Positions 50,864 through 59,157 are shown, counted from the first letter of the stretch. The stretch is 64,000 nucleotides of DNA from a virus (IMGVR_UViG_3300042889_002176:20554-84553), one strand, 5' to 3'. Made by a program: numbers and translations. Notes: generated by a model not told the origin, from the sequence alone.

Positions 50864-50945
50864 TCTTCAACTCCAAAATATTACTTGCCCAAGTAGTGAA
50901 CAACCACAGTGGGACCAATTACACACACAAGGACCAATAGTTCAA

Positions 50946-51179
50946 TCATGATTCAACTCCAAAATGTCTATTAACGCTATCTTGTATCTGTCTTGCTACC
51001 TGTTTCCAACCATCTTTAGCATTCTGAGCAATCCAATACTGTCTCCATTCATTGGTTATCTCATGAGCATATCCTCTAGCCATACTTGAACCTTCTGGCG
51101 GAGTCCATTCTCCACTCCACATAGGAATGGCGCGATCTGCCTTCCATAGAAATTCGTGTGAGTTACAATCAGTCGACAT
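50946..51179 (-). CDS. small protein, HFGVE-terminus family (divergent member)
   Basis: Ends ...DSVNRHFGVES with the conserved junction CATTTTGGAGTTGAATCATGA. Confidence 0.5.
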   Translation of the reverse strand: MSTDCNSHEFLWKADRAIPMWSGEWTPPEGSSMARGYAHEITNEWRQYWIAQNAKDGWKQVARQIQDSVNRHFGVES

Positions 51180-51198
51180 AGTTCAACTCCATTAACAA

Positions 51199-51366
51199 CT
51201 ATTTCCACACCTGCACAGACCAATAGAGTGGCCAGAAGAGTGATGAAACGAATGCTCCAACAGCATTCTCTCCGGCAAAGGTAGAATCTACCTGCTGATA
51301 GGCATGCCCGTAAGTAACTATGAATGCTGTAAAATACGCAGTGATCAATGCTATGATTTCCTTCAT
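51199..51366 (-). CDS. small membrane protein (55 aa)
   Basis: MKEIIALITAYFTAFIVTYGHAYQQVDSTFAGENAVGAFVSSLFWPLYWSVQVWK. I prefer this frame over the overlapping track ORF 51056..51373, which runs through the next gene. Confidence 0.35.
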   Translation of the reverse strand: MKEIIALITAYFTAFIVTYGHAYQQVDSTFAGENAVGAFVSSLFWPLYWSVQVWK

Positions 51367-51369
51367 TCT

Positions 51370-51585
51370 TCAACTCCGAAATTTATCTGCCACTGTGTAG
51401 TAGACGTCCATACCATCATCTATTGCCTGTAGCACTTCGTTTAACACATCCTGAACAATCAACTCGGCGAACTTTTTATAGGCTGCTTCAGATTCTTCGG
51501 CTGACATGGCTCGCGGCCACGGCGCACCGTCGAGATCCACATACAGTCCGGCCTCTGCACCAAGTTTTAGAATTCGTTCGTTCAT
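51370..51585 (-). CDS. small paralog-family protein (MNERI...KFAELIV...)
   Basis: MNERILKLGAEAGL...EAAYKKFAELIVQDVLNEVL... Confidence 0.55.
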   Translation of the reverse strand: MNERILKLGAEAGLYVDLDGAPWPRAMSAEESEAAYKKFAELIVQDVLNEVLQAIDDGMDVYYTVADKFRS

Positions 51586-51587
51586 TC

Positions 51588-51740
51588 TTAAAATCTCCGT
51601 ATAAAGTCTCGTGCTTTCTGATTACCCAGCAGGGCGAATACACATATCCACGAGACTATTACAACTCCTACTCCTGCTACTGTTATCCCCAAATACAACG
51701 GAGAAAGAATTACTAATAAAATAATCTCAGCCGGAGTCAT
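51588..51740 (-). CDS. small membrane protein (~50 aa)
   Basis: The internal ATG MTPAEIILLVILSPLYLGITVAGVGVVIVSWICVFALLGNQKARDFIRRF overlaps the upstream family gene stop (gaATGAct) and follows the ttttggagtagaaga motif. Confidence 0.35.
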   Translation of the reverse strand: MTPAEIILLVILSPLYLGITVAGVGVVIVSWICVFALLGNQKARDFIRRF

Positions 51741-52012
51741 TCTTCTACTCCAAAATGTGTTTGAATCTGGGCGGTACAATTCTTGGCGCCACCCCACATA
51801 CCTTCGTGAAGCATACGACCTGCATCAGTTACAAATTTACTATTAGTCATAGCATCAGCATCTGTAGCAACTTGCTCGCATTGTGCAATACATTCTGCTA
51901 CAATCAACTCGGCGAACTTTTCTTTATCAAAGTCCCAACACGCTCCGTCATGAGCCGTGGGATCAATGCGGGTAGTGGCCTGCTCAATCAGTAGTTGAAT
52001 TCGTTCGTTCAC
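51737..52012 (-). CDS. small paralog-family protein (MNERIQLLIEQA...KFAELIVAEC...THFGVEE)
   Basis: The family consensus is present at the N-terminus, middle and C-terminus. Confidence 0.55.
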   Translation of the reverse strand: MNERIQLLIEQATTRIDPTAHDGACWDFDKEKFAELIVAECIAQCEQVATDADAMTNSKFVTDAGRMLHEGMWGGAKNCTAQIQTHFGVEE

Positions 52013-52437
52013 TTTGTGATCTCCAGCCGGGTCAGTGCTGAGTCAAACTTTTTGTCTGCGGGCCAGTCTGCAAGATAACCGTTGTCCTTGTCAAACTGTT
52101 GTAAAAATTCATCCTCAGTAATCACTCTGTGTGACACAATCTGCTCGCCCAGGCACTCCTGGCTAAACTCTACAGCCTGTTCCATGGTCACAGTGTCTCT
52201 GGCCCACTCTTCCGGTGAATCTTCTGCCAGTTCCACAGCATAACGCATGCGATATGATACCAGTGCATCAACCAGCACAATCCTGGTCTTGGGCTTCTTG
52301 CTCATGGTCCAGGAACCATCTTTGTTATCAGTCCACACAACAGTGTCACCAATTTGCCAACCAACTGACTGCAACAGTTCGTCGCTGAGTGGCAGAATCA
52401 AATCGCCGTTGGCATCTTGCTCTAGTCTAACAATCAT
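52009..52437 (-). CDS. hypothetical protein with N-terminal AbrB/MazE-like swapped-hairpin motif
   Basis: MIVRLEQDANGDLILPLSDELLQSVGWQIGDTVVW resembles the SpoVT/AbrB/MazE DNA-binding fold. An acidic C-terminal half follows. Confidence 0.45.
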   Translation of the reverse strand: MIVRLEQDANGDLILPLSDELLQSVGWQIGDTVVWTDNKDGSWTMSKKPKTRIVLVDALVSYRMRYAVELAEDSPEEWARDTVTMEQAVEFSQECLGEQIVSHRVITEDEFLQQFDKDNGYLADWPADKKFDSALTRLEITK

Positions 52438-53711
52438 TTGTTTTTCTCCTCATCGTAGTAGGCATGCTGTCCCCAAGGTGGCACAATGGTTGTAGTGCCA
52501 TGCAAGATCCACACAGTGTCTGCGTAGTTCTCATCACCCCATGAACCAAACGGGTAGCCGTCTGTGAACACTACCAGGCGCTTGGGTTCAATCTCGTTCT
52601 CTTTCAGGTAGTTGAAGATACATTCAAAGTCTGTGCCACCACCACCCTTGATTTCGTAATCGCAGATGTCATCTAAGTTTTCACTGTCATACTGCACAGG
52701 GTTGTATGCTTCGGTATCAAATGTGACCACATGAATACGGTATGCTGGGAACGATTCCATGATGCCTTGAATCTCACCCAAGAAGTCTTTCAGCATGGTT
52801 TCGCTAATACTGCCAGATGCATCCAGAGCCACAGCAATATCAATCATGGGATCCAGTTTCATGCCAGGCATGACTGCATCCATGTGCCAGCCTTTACGGC
52901 TTGCTCGCATCCAGGTGTAGTCACTTTTGATAGTGCTCTCCAATTGCATACGCAACAGTTCACGCCAGTTCATTTGTGGCTCGGTGAGCTCCTGGATCAG
53001 TCGCTTGACACCTGCGGGCAAGTTGCCTGCTCCGTCCACTGTGGCAGCCGCTGCCAGCATGGCTTCCTTGATCTCATCCTTGATGGCTTGACGTTCTTCG
53101 GCAGTGAGTTTGGGACGACCTTTGCCTTTGCCATCTTGATCGTCGTCACTGTCGCTGTCGCCTTCACCATCCAGGTGCTCGTCGATCATTTGATCCAGCA
53201 ATTTGCCAATGTCAATCTTGTCTGCTTTTTCATACAAGATATCGTAGATTTCTTCGGAGCTCATGCCATCATACTTGGGATCATACAAACAAGGCACTGA
53301 CGTGATCTTTTCACCTACTTTGTGTTTGATTAGGTCTGCATTAACGCAAAAGTCATTGGCAATGTTAAACAGTTGAGGATCTCTATCACCCCTACGGCCA
53401 AAGTGATCATATACACAATGCAAGACTTCGTGGCCAAACAAGAATTCAATTTCTTTGGGACGCAACAGTTTGATGAAACGGCTGTTGTAATAGAAGTTTC
53501 TGCCGTCTGTTGCGGCGGTACTGCACCATTCGTCGGCATTGACCAGTTTCAATCTAGTGGCCAAGTTGCCAAAGAAACTGGCTTTCAACAGCAAGCCCAC
53601 ACGGGCAGTGATCAAAAGCTCACGTACTTCTCGATCAATTTTGGGATCAGTTTTGCCCAGCAAGTTGGCAAACTTCTTGTGGTCTTCTTTTGTAGCAGTA
53701 GTAGATGTCAT
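52434..53711 (-). CDS. VWA-domain protein with N-terminal HExxH metallopeptidase-like region (CobT-like / MoxR-partner)
   Basis: ATG at ~53711 (MTSTTATKEDHKK...) with an SD (aaagga); the track start 53789 is a GTG inside the tandem repeat. The HExxH motif is GHEVLHCVYDH. An acidic linker DGEGDSDSDDDQDG follows. The C-terminal VWA has a MIDAS motif DASGS. Confidence 0.65.
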   Translation of the reverse strand: MTSTTATKEDHKKFANLLGKTDPKIDREVRELLITARVGLLLKASFFGNLATRLKLVNADEWCSTAATDGRNFYYNSRFIKLLRPKEIEFLFGHEVLHCVYDHFGRRGDRDPQLFNIANDFCVNADLIKHKVGEKITSVPCLYDPKYDGMSSEEIYDILYEKADKIDIGKLLDQMIDEHLDGEGDSDSDDDQDGKGKGRPKLTAEERQAIKDEIKEAMLAAAATVDGAGNLPAGVKRLIQELTEPQMNWRELLRMQLESTIKSDYTWMRASRKGWHMDAVMPGMKLDPMIDIAVALDASGSISETMLKDFLGEIQGIMESFPAYRIHVVTFDTEAYNPVQYDSENLDDICDYEIKGGGGTDFECIFNYLKENEIEPKRLVVFTDGYPFGSWGDENYADTVWILHGTTTIVPPWGQHAYYDEEKNK

Positions 53712-53736
53712 GCGAGTCCTTTGTTGCTTATGTGTA

Positions 53737-53766
53737 ATTATAGCACAATAGCGATTAATGGTCAAA
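53737..53766 (-). promoter_or_regulatory. sigma70-like promoter P2 (TTGACC-17-TGCTATAAT)
   Basis: -10 and -35 read on the - strand; the spacer is exactly 17 nt. It lies ~25 nt upstream of the VWA ATG. Coordinates are +-2 nt. Confidence 0.5.
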
Positions 53767-53847
53767 TCAGCTATTGTTCTGACGTTCACGGTTTAGGTAG
53801 CGATTAATGGTCAAATCAGCTATTGTTCTGACGTTCACGGTTTAGGT
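53750..53847 (+). repeat. perfect 49-bp tandem duplication (2 copies)
   Basis: agcgattaatggtcaaatcagctattgttctgacgttcacggtttaggt occurs twice head-to-tail. It contains the -35 element of P2 and the last ~11 codons plus stop of gene 53816..54148. Coordinates are +-2 nt. Confidence 0.8.
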
Positions 53848-54148
53848 ACTTTAACTGGAACCAAGAGTGCGCAGCCTCTGTAAAAAAATCCAAGTGTACC
53901 TGCGGACTGTAGTGATGCCGTTTTTCCACAGAGACTAGCCCAGGATATATTACTGCGGCGGTTGAAATTGGTGCATAGTAGGGTTCTAGTCCTTGATGGT
54001 CACGGGCAGTAAAACCTAGCTCACGCCGCATTATGTGCCGCATGCGAATTGTGTTGCCATAAGTCTGAGTCAATTGATCTAGAATCTTTGTCCAGTCAGC
54101 AGGATCATGAAATACCACAAGATTCTTTTTTACAGTTACCTGTCCCAC
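53816..54148 (-). CDS. hypothetical protein (110 aa)
   Basis: GTG-start ORF; its C-terminus (...KYLNRERQNNS) is encoded in the upstream copy of the 49-bp tandem repeat. Confidence 0.4.
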   Translation of the reverse strand: MGQVTVKKNLVVFHDPADWTKILDQLTQTYGNTIRMRHIMRRELGFTARDHQGLEPYYAPISTAAVIYPGLVSVEKRHHYSPQVHLDFFTEAAHSWFQLKYLNRERQNNS

Positions 54149-54486
54149 TATTCAGTGCCTGAATGTGCCAGTTGAAAAAATGCCAGTTCTTTTTCACTAG
54201 CAAGATAGATACGATAGTCTTTGTATGCAACCGAATATGCCCAGTGCTGATTGATATCTTCATCCTGTACCGCAACAGCAGGATTAAGCATTTTACAACG
54301 CTTGATAGCGGTACGAGTTTCCACATCCTGCCCCCAGCCCCAGGTGCGATTCATCCAGCGACGAGCTCGGTCAAAATCCAACACACCAGTGCTATGTCCC
54401 CAGGTATTTTTGGAAAACTCTAGCATATAGTTGAAGCTCGCGCTATGGCTGAAGCGGCGGTCCATATCGGTTACTTGATATTTCAT
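54148..54486 (-). CDS. hypothetical protein (112 aa)
   Basis: ORF. Confidence 0.45.
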   Translation of the reverse strand: MKYQVTDMDRRFSHSASFNYMLEFSKNTWGHSTGVLDFDRARRWMNRTWGWGQDVETRTAIKRCKMLNPAVAVQDEDINQHWAYSVAYKDYRIYLASEKELAFFQLAHSGTE

Positions 54487-54725
54487 TTGTAACTGCTGCT
54501 CTGCAACATGTAGGGTTTATGAACTTCGTAGTATTTCTTAAAAATATTTTCGTAGTCTTGCCAGTCACAATGTGCCCATTCTTCTTTATAGTCGATTCGG
54601 GTTGACTGTAATCTTGACCAAAATAGTTTTTTATTGTGTCCAGTCACCTGCGACCGTGCCTTGGATTCAGTATCGTAATATCTCAAAATCTCGCCAGATT
54701 TTTTAGTATACACTATCCATCCCAT
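54483..54725 (-). CDS. hypothetical protein (80 aa)
   Basis: An ORF with ATGA coupling. Confidence 0.45.
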   Translation of the reverse strand: MGWIVYTKKSGEILRYYDTESKARSQVTGHNKKLFWSRLQSTRIDYKEEWAHCDWQDYENIFKKYYEVHKPYMLQSSSYK

Positions 54726-54781
54726 ACTCTGGTCCTTGTGATAAGAAACACCGGGGCTGTGATTAAACAGCCCCGATCAAT

Positions 54782-55867
54782 TTAGGTACTAGCAGCCAAA
54801 ATGTACTTGCCAAAGCGTTGATGGAACTCGTCAAAGTTTTTCAGCTTGGTAGGCATCATGGGCAAGTTATAAGTAGTAAGGGCAATTCTAGCACCCATCA
54901 CAGTCAACTCTGTTTCAAAGTTTTTCATCATGTAGCCCAGGAAGTGGTCGGCCATGTCCTGAAACTTTTTGTCCTCCACCTTGTTCTCCACAGCGGCCTT
55001 GAGCTCGTAGCACATGGAGATCACCAGGCTGTACATGGCACTGACTTCTTTGACGTCAAGAGTGGTAACCTTGCCACTCAAGATATCTGCAGGGTTGGGC
55101 ATGCGTCCGGCAATCTTGCGATGTGCCATGAACTTCACAGCAAGACCTTCGCCCACAGTGCCTGCAATCAGGTTGGTCATGGTGTTGTCGTCGCTGTCAT
55201 CTTCTTGCAGGAGCTCGCTTACAAAACTCCAGGTACGCGGTGTAGCAAACGCACGTGAGCTGGACTTAGAATCAAAGTCGTACAGGTCCTGTTTAGCAAA
55301 GCTCAAGTAGCCAACCACGTCCTTGTGAACTTTGTTGGTTACAGCCCACTCTTGCCAACTAGCAAAATCCACCTTCATCTCTTGGTGCAAGAAACGGTTT
55401 GCCAGCGGAGTAGGCATGCGGTAAGTAACGCCCTTGTCGCTTTCCCTGTTGCCTGCGGCAACCATAACAACATTTTTAGGCAGGCGATATTTGCCAATGC
55501 GTCGATTCAGAATCAACTGATATGCGGCACTTTGAACGCTGGGTGCGGCTGAATTCAACTCGTCCAGGAACAGGACCACAATGGGATAGTCCTTGGCCAT
55601 TTCTTCGTCGGGCAATTCCACAGGAGGTGCCCAATCCATCTTGCCAATGTCCTTGTTGTAGAACGGAATGCCACGAATGTCGGTGGGTTCCATCTGGCCC
55701 AGGCGCAGATCAATCATTAGGCCACCTAGCTCTTTGGTGATATTTTCCACCAGTTCGCTTTTGCCAATACCCGGAGGACCCCACAGGAACAACGGACGCT
55801 GGACGCGGAATGCTTTGAGCAGGCTCTTGCGGGCTTGTGCAGAAGTAACAGTGCGGGTATCTGACAT
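54782..55867 (-). CDS. MoxR-family AAA+ ATPase (CobS-like)
   Basis: Walker A LWGPPGIGKSE; Walker B VVLFLDELN; sensor region VMVAAGNRE. 361 aa, the typical size of cyanophage/pelagiphage cobS homologs. Confidence 0.7.
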   Translation of the reverse strand: MSDTRTVTSAQARKSLLKAFRVQRPLFLWGPPGIGKSELVENITKELGGLMIDLRLGQMEPTDIRGIPFYNKDIGKMDWAPPVELPDEEMAKDYPIVVLFLDELNSAAPSVQSAAYQLILNRRIGKYRLPKNVVMVAAGNRESDKGVTYRMPTPLANRFLHQEMKVDFASWQEWAVTNKVHKDVVGYLSFAKQDLYDFDSKSSSRAFATPRTWSFVSELLQEDDSDDNTMTNLIAGTVGEGLAVKFMAHRKIAGRMPNPADILSGKVTTLDVKEVSAMYSLVISMCYELKAAVENKVEDKKFQDMADHFLGYMMKNFETELTVMGARIALTTYNLPMMPTKLKNFDEFHQRFGKYILAAST

Positions 55868-55900
55868 GGAAATTTCCTTGGTGGAGTGGTTGAAAATTGT

Positions 55901-55930
55901 ATTATACGTGATCTGTGATTTTTAGTCAAA
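55901..55930 (-). promoter_or_regulatory. sigma70-like promoter P3 (TTGACT-17-CGTATAAT)
   Basis: Exact 17-nt spacer. A 27-nt leader with an SD (aaggaaa) precedes the MoxR/cobS-like gene. Confidence 0.5.
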
Positions 55931-56092
55931 ATCAAGTTCTGGCCGAAAACGTTGTGTAAGCTCGCGAATCATGTGAGCAAACACTTGTTGACCCTGATCT
56001 TCTGCCTGGTCTGGTTCTGGTTCTGGTTCTGGGGCATAAGGCATGTTGTCCGGTTCCTCTATAGGGGCAAAATAATCTTTAATGCGACTCAT
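55922..56092 (-). CDS. small acidic protein (56 aa; PEPEPEP repeat)
   Basis: Internal ATG MSRIKDYFAPIEEPDNMPYAPEPEPEPDQAEDQGQQVF... Confidence 0.4.
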   Translation of the reverse strand: MSRIKDYFAPIEEPDNMPYAPEPEPEPDQAEDQGQQVFAHMIRELTQRFRPELDFD

Positions 56093-56364
56093 GCTACTAC
56101 CTTCAGCATGTTGGCAGGAACCCGCCACAGGCCCCCGCCTGTGTCTACAGTCACATATTTGATGGCAATCTTTTGCACAAAACCACGCATGACTCGACCA
56201 GTTTTAGCACTGGTGAATTCCACGTTGCTCTGCAATGTCAAGGCCCGTTTGTTTTTCTGGGCTAGTTGAGCCCGAGCATATTTCACAGCATCAATGATGC
56301 TGGTGAGTTGATCGTTGGTAAAATTACCTGCGATGATCTCAGTGTTGATGCTTTGAATGCTCAT
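56089..56364 (-). CDS. hypothetical protein (91 aa)
   Basis: ORF with an SD (aggaga) and the consensus promoter upstream. Confidence 0.5.
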   Translation of the reverse strand: MSIQSINTEIIAGNFTNDQLTSIIDAVKYARAQLAQKNKRALTLQSNVEFTSAKTGRVMRGFVQKIAIKYVTVDTGGGLWRVPANMLKVVA

Positions 56365-56395
56365 GTTCTCTCCTGTTTTGTTTTGCTATACATGT

Positions 56396-56425
56396 ATTAT
56401 AGCAGAAGAGGTATTTTAAGTCAAA
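56396..56425 (-). promoter_or_regulatory. sigma70-like promoter P4 (TTGACT-17-TGCTATAAT)
   Basis: Exact spacing. It is followed by a ~30-nt leader with an SD. Confidence 0.55.
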
Positions 56426-56437
56426 TATTGCCTAGTG

Positions 56438-56569
56438 TTAGGCCATTGTAACAGCAATAAAAGCCAGCATGAACACCAAGACGGCTCCCACAATGGGCAA
56501 CACAATGTGTATGTGTTCAACCACATCGTCCACTGGATCTTTTTCTGGTTCTTTATTCTCCGGGTTCAT
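56438..56569 (-). CDS. tiny membrane peptide (43 aa)
   Basis: MNPENKEPEKDPVDDVVEHIHIVLPIVGAVLVFMLAFIAVTMA; below the track cutoff. Confidence 0.3.
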   Translation of the reverse strand: MNPENKEPEKDPVDDVVEHIHIVLPIVGAVLVFMLAFIAVTMA

Positions 56570-56656
56570 GTTCTTCTTTCTTGTACATGTCCCATAGTAC
56601 TGCTCCCACTACGGTTACAATAATTATGGTAGAAATAATTTCATCAACGGTCATGG

Positions 56657-57103
56657 TCATGCTCCGTAGTAGGTTTCTTTGTCTTTTTTGGCCAGTTTGG
56701 GATCATTCCAAACATTGCGCTGATTCCATTCTTGAATTTTGGCCAGGCGTTGTTCTTCAGTAAGTTCATCACAGCGACTGCTTCGATCAGGCATGCGTAG
56801 ATATTCCACAGTGCCTTGTCTCACAGTGACTTGGCCAGGGTTATATGTTTTCCTGAACACTTGCATGACATAGCCAGTGCTGAATGCCATGGTGATTAGG
56901 GCAATGTGACCAATCATGTTGTAGCCAATGGTCATGAGTTCACCAATGTAAAGACCAAAGGCCAGGCACCAGAAACAGGCCAACACAATGCTGGCAAAGT
57001 ATTTCAAATAAGTTGGTGCATGTCTTAGACTGTTGACATTGGGATTGAGCCCGTCTCTGAACGCCTTGAACAAGATGTAGATAAATTTCAGCACTGCAAA
57101 CAT
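56657..57103 (-). CDS. integral membrane protein (148 aa, 3-4 TM segments)
   Basis: A hydrophobic ORF: ...YFASIVLACFWCLAFGLYIGELMTIGYNMIGHIALITMAFSTGYV... Confidence 0.5.
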   Translation of the reverse strand: MFAVLKFIYILFKAFRDGLNPNVNSLRHAPTYLKYFASIVLACFWCLAFGLYIGELMTIGYNMIGHIALITMAFSTGYVMQVFRKTYNPGQVTVRQGTVEYLRMPDRSSRCDELTEEQRLAKIQEWNQRNVWNDPKLAKKDKETYYGA

Positions 57104-57121
57104 GATTTCTCCCGGTGAGTT

Positions 57122-57151
57122 ATTGTAATATTACTTGATCAAAATGTCAAT
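57122..57151 (-). promoter_or_regulatory. sigma70-like promoter P5 (TTGACA-17-TACAAT)
   Basis: Perfect -35, 17-nt spacer and a 5/6 -10. The leader carries an SD (gggaga). Confidence 0.45.
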
Positions 57152-57361
57152 GATGTTTGGTTCATTGTGCCGGGTCACCACTGCACGGTTGTCATACACT
57201 TCAATACTGGCGTGATAAACCCTGGTGACCGTGGCACCATTGGGATAAGTGGTCTGTTGCCAACTTTCCTGTTTGACAACACCTTTGCCCACAGTGGCAA
57301 TGGGCAACACGCCAGTGAAGCTGTTGGCAAATTGAGTTACGGGCATGATGGAGTCACTCAT
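57131..57361 (-). CDS. hypothetical protein (76 aa)
   Basis: ORF. Confidence 0.45.
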   Translation of the reverse strand: MSDSIMPVTQFANSFTGVLPIATVGKGVVKQESWQQTTYPNGATVTRVYHASIEVYDNRAVVTRHNEPNIIDILIK

Positions 57362-57576
57362 TCTTCAACTCCGTATTCTGCTTTTAACGCATCCATTGCT
57401 AGACGAATCTTTTCGGCCACAGGCTGATATTTCACAGGATGGATGGGATGGTAGACCCATTCCTGGCCACCCCAGATCTTGCTACCGTTCAATAGTTTGT
57501 CCATTTCTGCCAGAATTTCAAATCTAGGATCAGCCCAGAACTTGAATTTATTATCAGGAACGATGGGCGTATTCAT
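57358..57576 (-). CDS. small protein, HFGVE-terminus family (divergent; ends AEYGVEE)
   Basis: MNTPIVPDNKF...LKAEYGVEE; shares the junction motif. Confidence 0.5.
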   Translation of the reverse strand: MNTPIVPDNKFKFWADPRFEILAEMDKLLNGSKIWGGQEWVYHPIHPVKYQPVAEKIRLAMDALKAEYGVEE

Positions 57577-57788
57577 TCTTCAACTCCAAAATGTTCTCTA
57601 ATCAAATCACCCTGTGTCCGGCCACCTTCGGCAAGTATCCAATCAACTCGGCCAGCACATTCCCGCACAATCAATTCGGCGAACTTTTCTCTATCAAAGT
57701 TAGCATATGAACTTGTATAACCTTGTGGACCAACCATTTCTACAATTGATGTAGCCTGTTCAGCAAGTTCTCGAATTCGTTGGTTCAT
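57573..57788 (-). CDS. small paralog-family protein (MNQRIRELAEQA...KFAELIVREC...EHFGVEE)
   Basis: Full family consensus. Confidence 0.55.
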   Translation of the reverse strand: MNQRIRELAEQATSIVEMVGPQGYTSSYANFDREKFAELIVRECAGRVDWILAEGGRTQGDLIREHFGVEE

Positions 57789-58075
57789 TTCAAAAGCCTT
57801 TCAAACACAGGTGCATGATCAGGAATGTTGTCTGCATCACCAGGCTGTGCCACCACAAAGCCCAAGCCCAACAATGCGTCAATCTCTGTGGGTGTGCAGT
57901 TGGGCCAGCCGCGATGAACAAAAATCCTACGGGTCAGGTTGTCCTGGGAATAATAAATCCGGTAGCTGGCTCGAGGCGCATTGACTGCGGCTGCAATCAC
58001 AGACTGTGATATCTCGTCATCCCATGTGTCGGTCACAGTGGCTCGAGTTTGCTCATACACGAAATCTTGCATCAT
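57785..58075 (-). CDS. hypothetical protein (96 aa)
   Basis: ORF. Confidence 0.45.
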   Translation of the reverse strand: MMQDFVYEQTRATVTDTWDDEISQSVIAAAVNAPRASYRIYYSQDNLTRRIFVHRGWPNCTPTEIDALLGLGFVVAQPGDADNIPDHAPVFERLLK

Positions 58076-58091
58076 GGTTCAACTCTCATGC

Positions 58092-58487
58092 TTAATACAA
58101 CACAGGTTCCACGGTGTGCTCATTCCGTAGAATTTTAAACACTTCTTCGTGCTGGGTATAGATCAGTCCCTGTCGTTCAAGGATTGCTCGTCGAACCACA
58201 GCATCAAGCTGACACCACTGGTCGACAGCTTGGTAACTGCCACGTGCTTCGGCAGGAAAGTCGTTGTGTATCCAGCCGGTCAAGGCCTTGAAGGCTTCTA
58301 CACTGTTCATGGAATGGCTGGATCCTATTGCCCCACGCCAGTCATTGGCCAGCACCGCATAGAAACAACTACCCGGACTATATCCATACACCAGATAGTT
58401 CAGCATGGGGTCGGCAAAGTCTCTGGGCACCGACCAACGCTCACAGGATTCTTTTAGTAGATTCCAGCTGTATACAGTTATGTTCAC
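58092..58487 (-). CDS. hypothetical protein (131 aa)
   Basis: ORF. Confidence 0.45.
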   Translation of the reverse strand: MNITVYSWNLLKESCERWSVPRDFADPMLNYLVYGYSPGSCFYAVLANDWRGAIGSSHSMNSVEAFKALTGWIHNDFPAEARGSYQAVDQWCQLDAVVRRAILERQGLIYTQHEEVFKILRNEHTVEPVLY

Positions 58488-58490
58488 GAT

Positions 58491-58754
58491 TCAACTCCCA
58501 AATGCTTTTTCAATTGGCTCGTAATACTCAACCCCAAACCTGGCTTTGATCCGTTGAATTTCTGGTCTTTGCATTGGTCCATCACCCACTGCATCCATAC
58601 ATTCCTGCACAATCAACTGGGCGAACTTTGAATCGTATCGCTGTTTATACATTCCTTGATTGTAAGGGTTGTGTGGATTGTAATCTGGTTGTCGAGCATA
58701 TTCACAAGCATAGCAATGAGCCTGTTCGGCAAGTTGTTGAATTTGTTTGTTCAT
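58491..58754 (-). CDS. small paralog-family protein (MNKQIQQLAEQA...KFAQLIVQEC...ARFGVEY...)
   Basis: Internal ATG at 58754. A ~57-aa GTG-start ORF with an N-terminal TM (ITLFIWTVVGYAG), ~58770-58917, fills the gap to the upstream member and overlaps via ATGA. Confidence 0.5.
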   Translation of the reverse strand: MNKQIQQLAEQAHCYACEYARQPDYNPHNPYNQGMYKQRYDSKFAQLIVQECMDAVGDGPMQRPEIQRIKARFGVEYYEPIEKAFGS

Positions 58755-58917
58755 TTGGTCTTCAGGCAACGGTGCCTGTCCTGTAGGTTCATGGATCGCA
58801 CAGCCTCCTCACAGAGCGCGACTGTCTCAAACTGAGCCAAAGCCCGCCAGTCCATTTTAGTACTGATGCTATTGTTCATACCAGCGTAGCCGACCACAGT
58901 CCAGATAAACAGTGTGA

Positions 58918-59157
58918 TCACGATTCAACTCCGAAATGTTCTTCAATATCATTGATTGCTGTGGACATTGCTTCATCCACATTCCATTCATCTTCGATAG
59001 CCAGGTCTCTGTTAACAGATACCAGTTCCACACATTCCTGCACAATCAACTGGGCGAATTTTTCAATCATCTCTGGACTCATACTGTACCAGTCTGCCTT
59101 GTTCCAGTTGTCAGTGACCCCAGCTTGTTTTAAAAGTTCTTGAATTCGTGGGTTCAT
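58918..59157 (-). CDS. small paralog-family protein (MNPRIQELLKQA...KFAQLIVQEC...EHFGVES)
   Basis: Family consensus. Confidence 0.55.
   Translation of the reverse strand: MNPRIQELLKQAGVTDNWNKADWYSMSPEMIEKFAQLIVQECVELVSVNRDLAIEDEWNVDEAMSTAINDIEEHFGVES

Noticed and set aside
53712-53789. GTG start of the VWA ORF at 53789 (track) giving a 26-aa N-terminal extension
   Set aside because: The extension would lie inside the tandem repeat and promoter P2. The ATG at ~53711 has an SD (aaagga) and sits 25 nt downstream of the -10, so it fits the promoter geometry.
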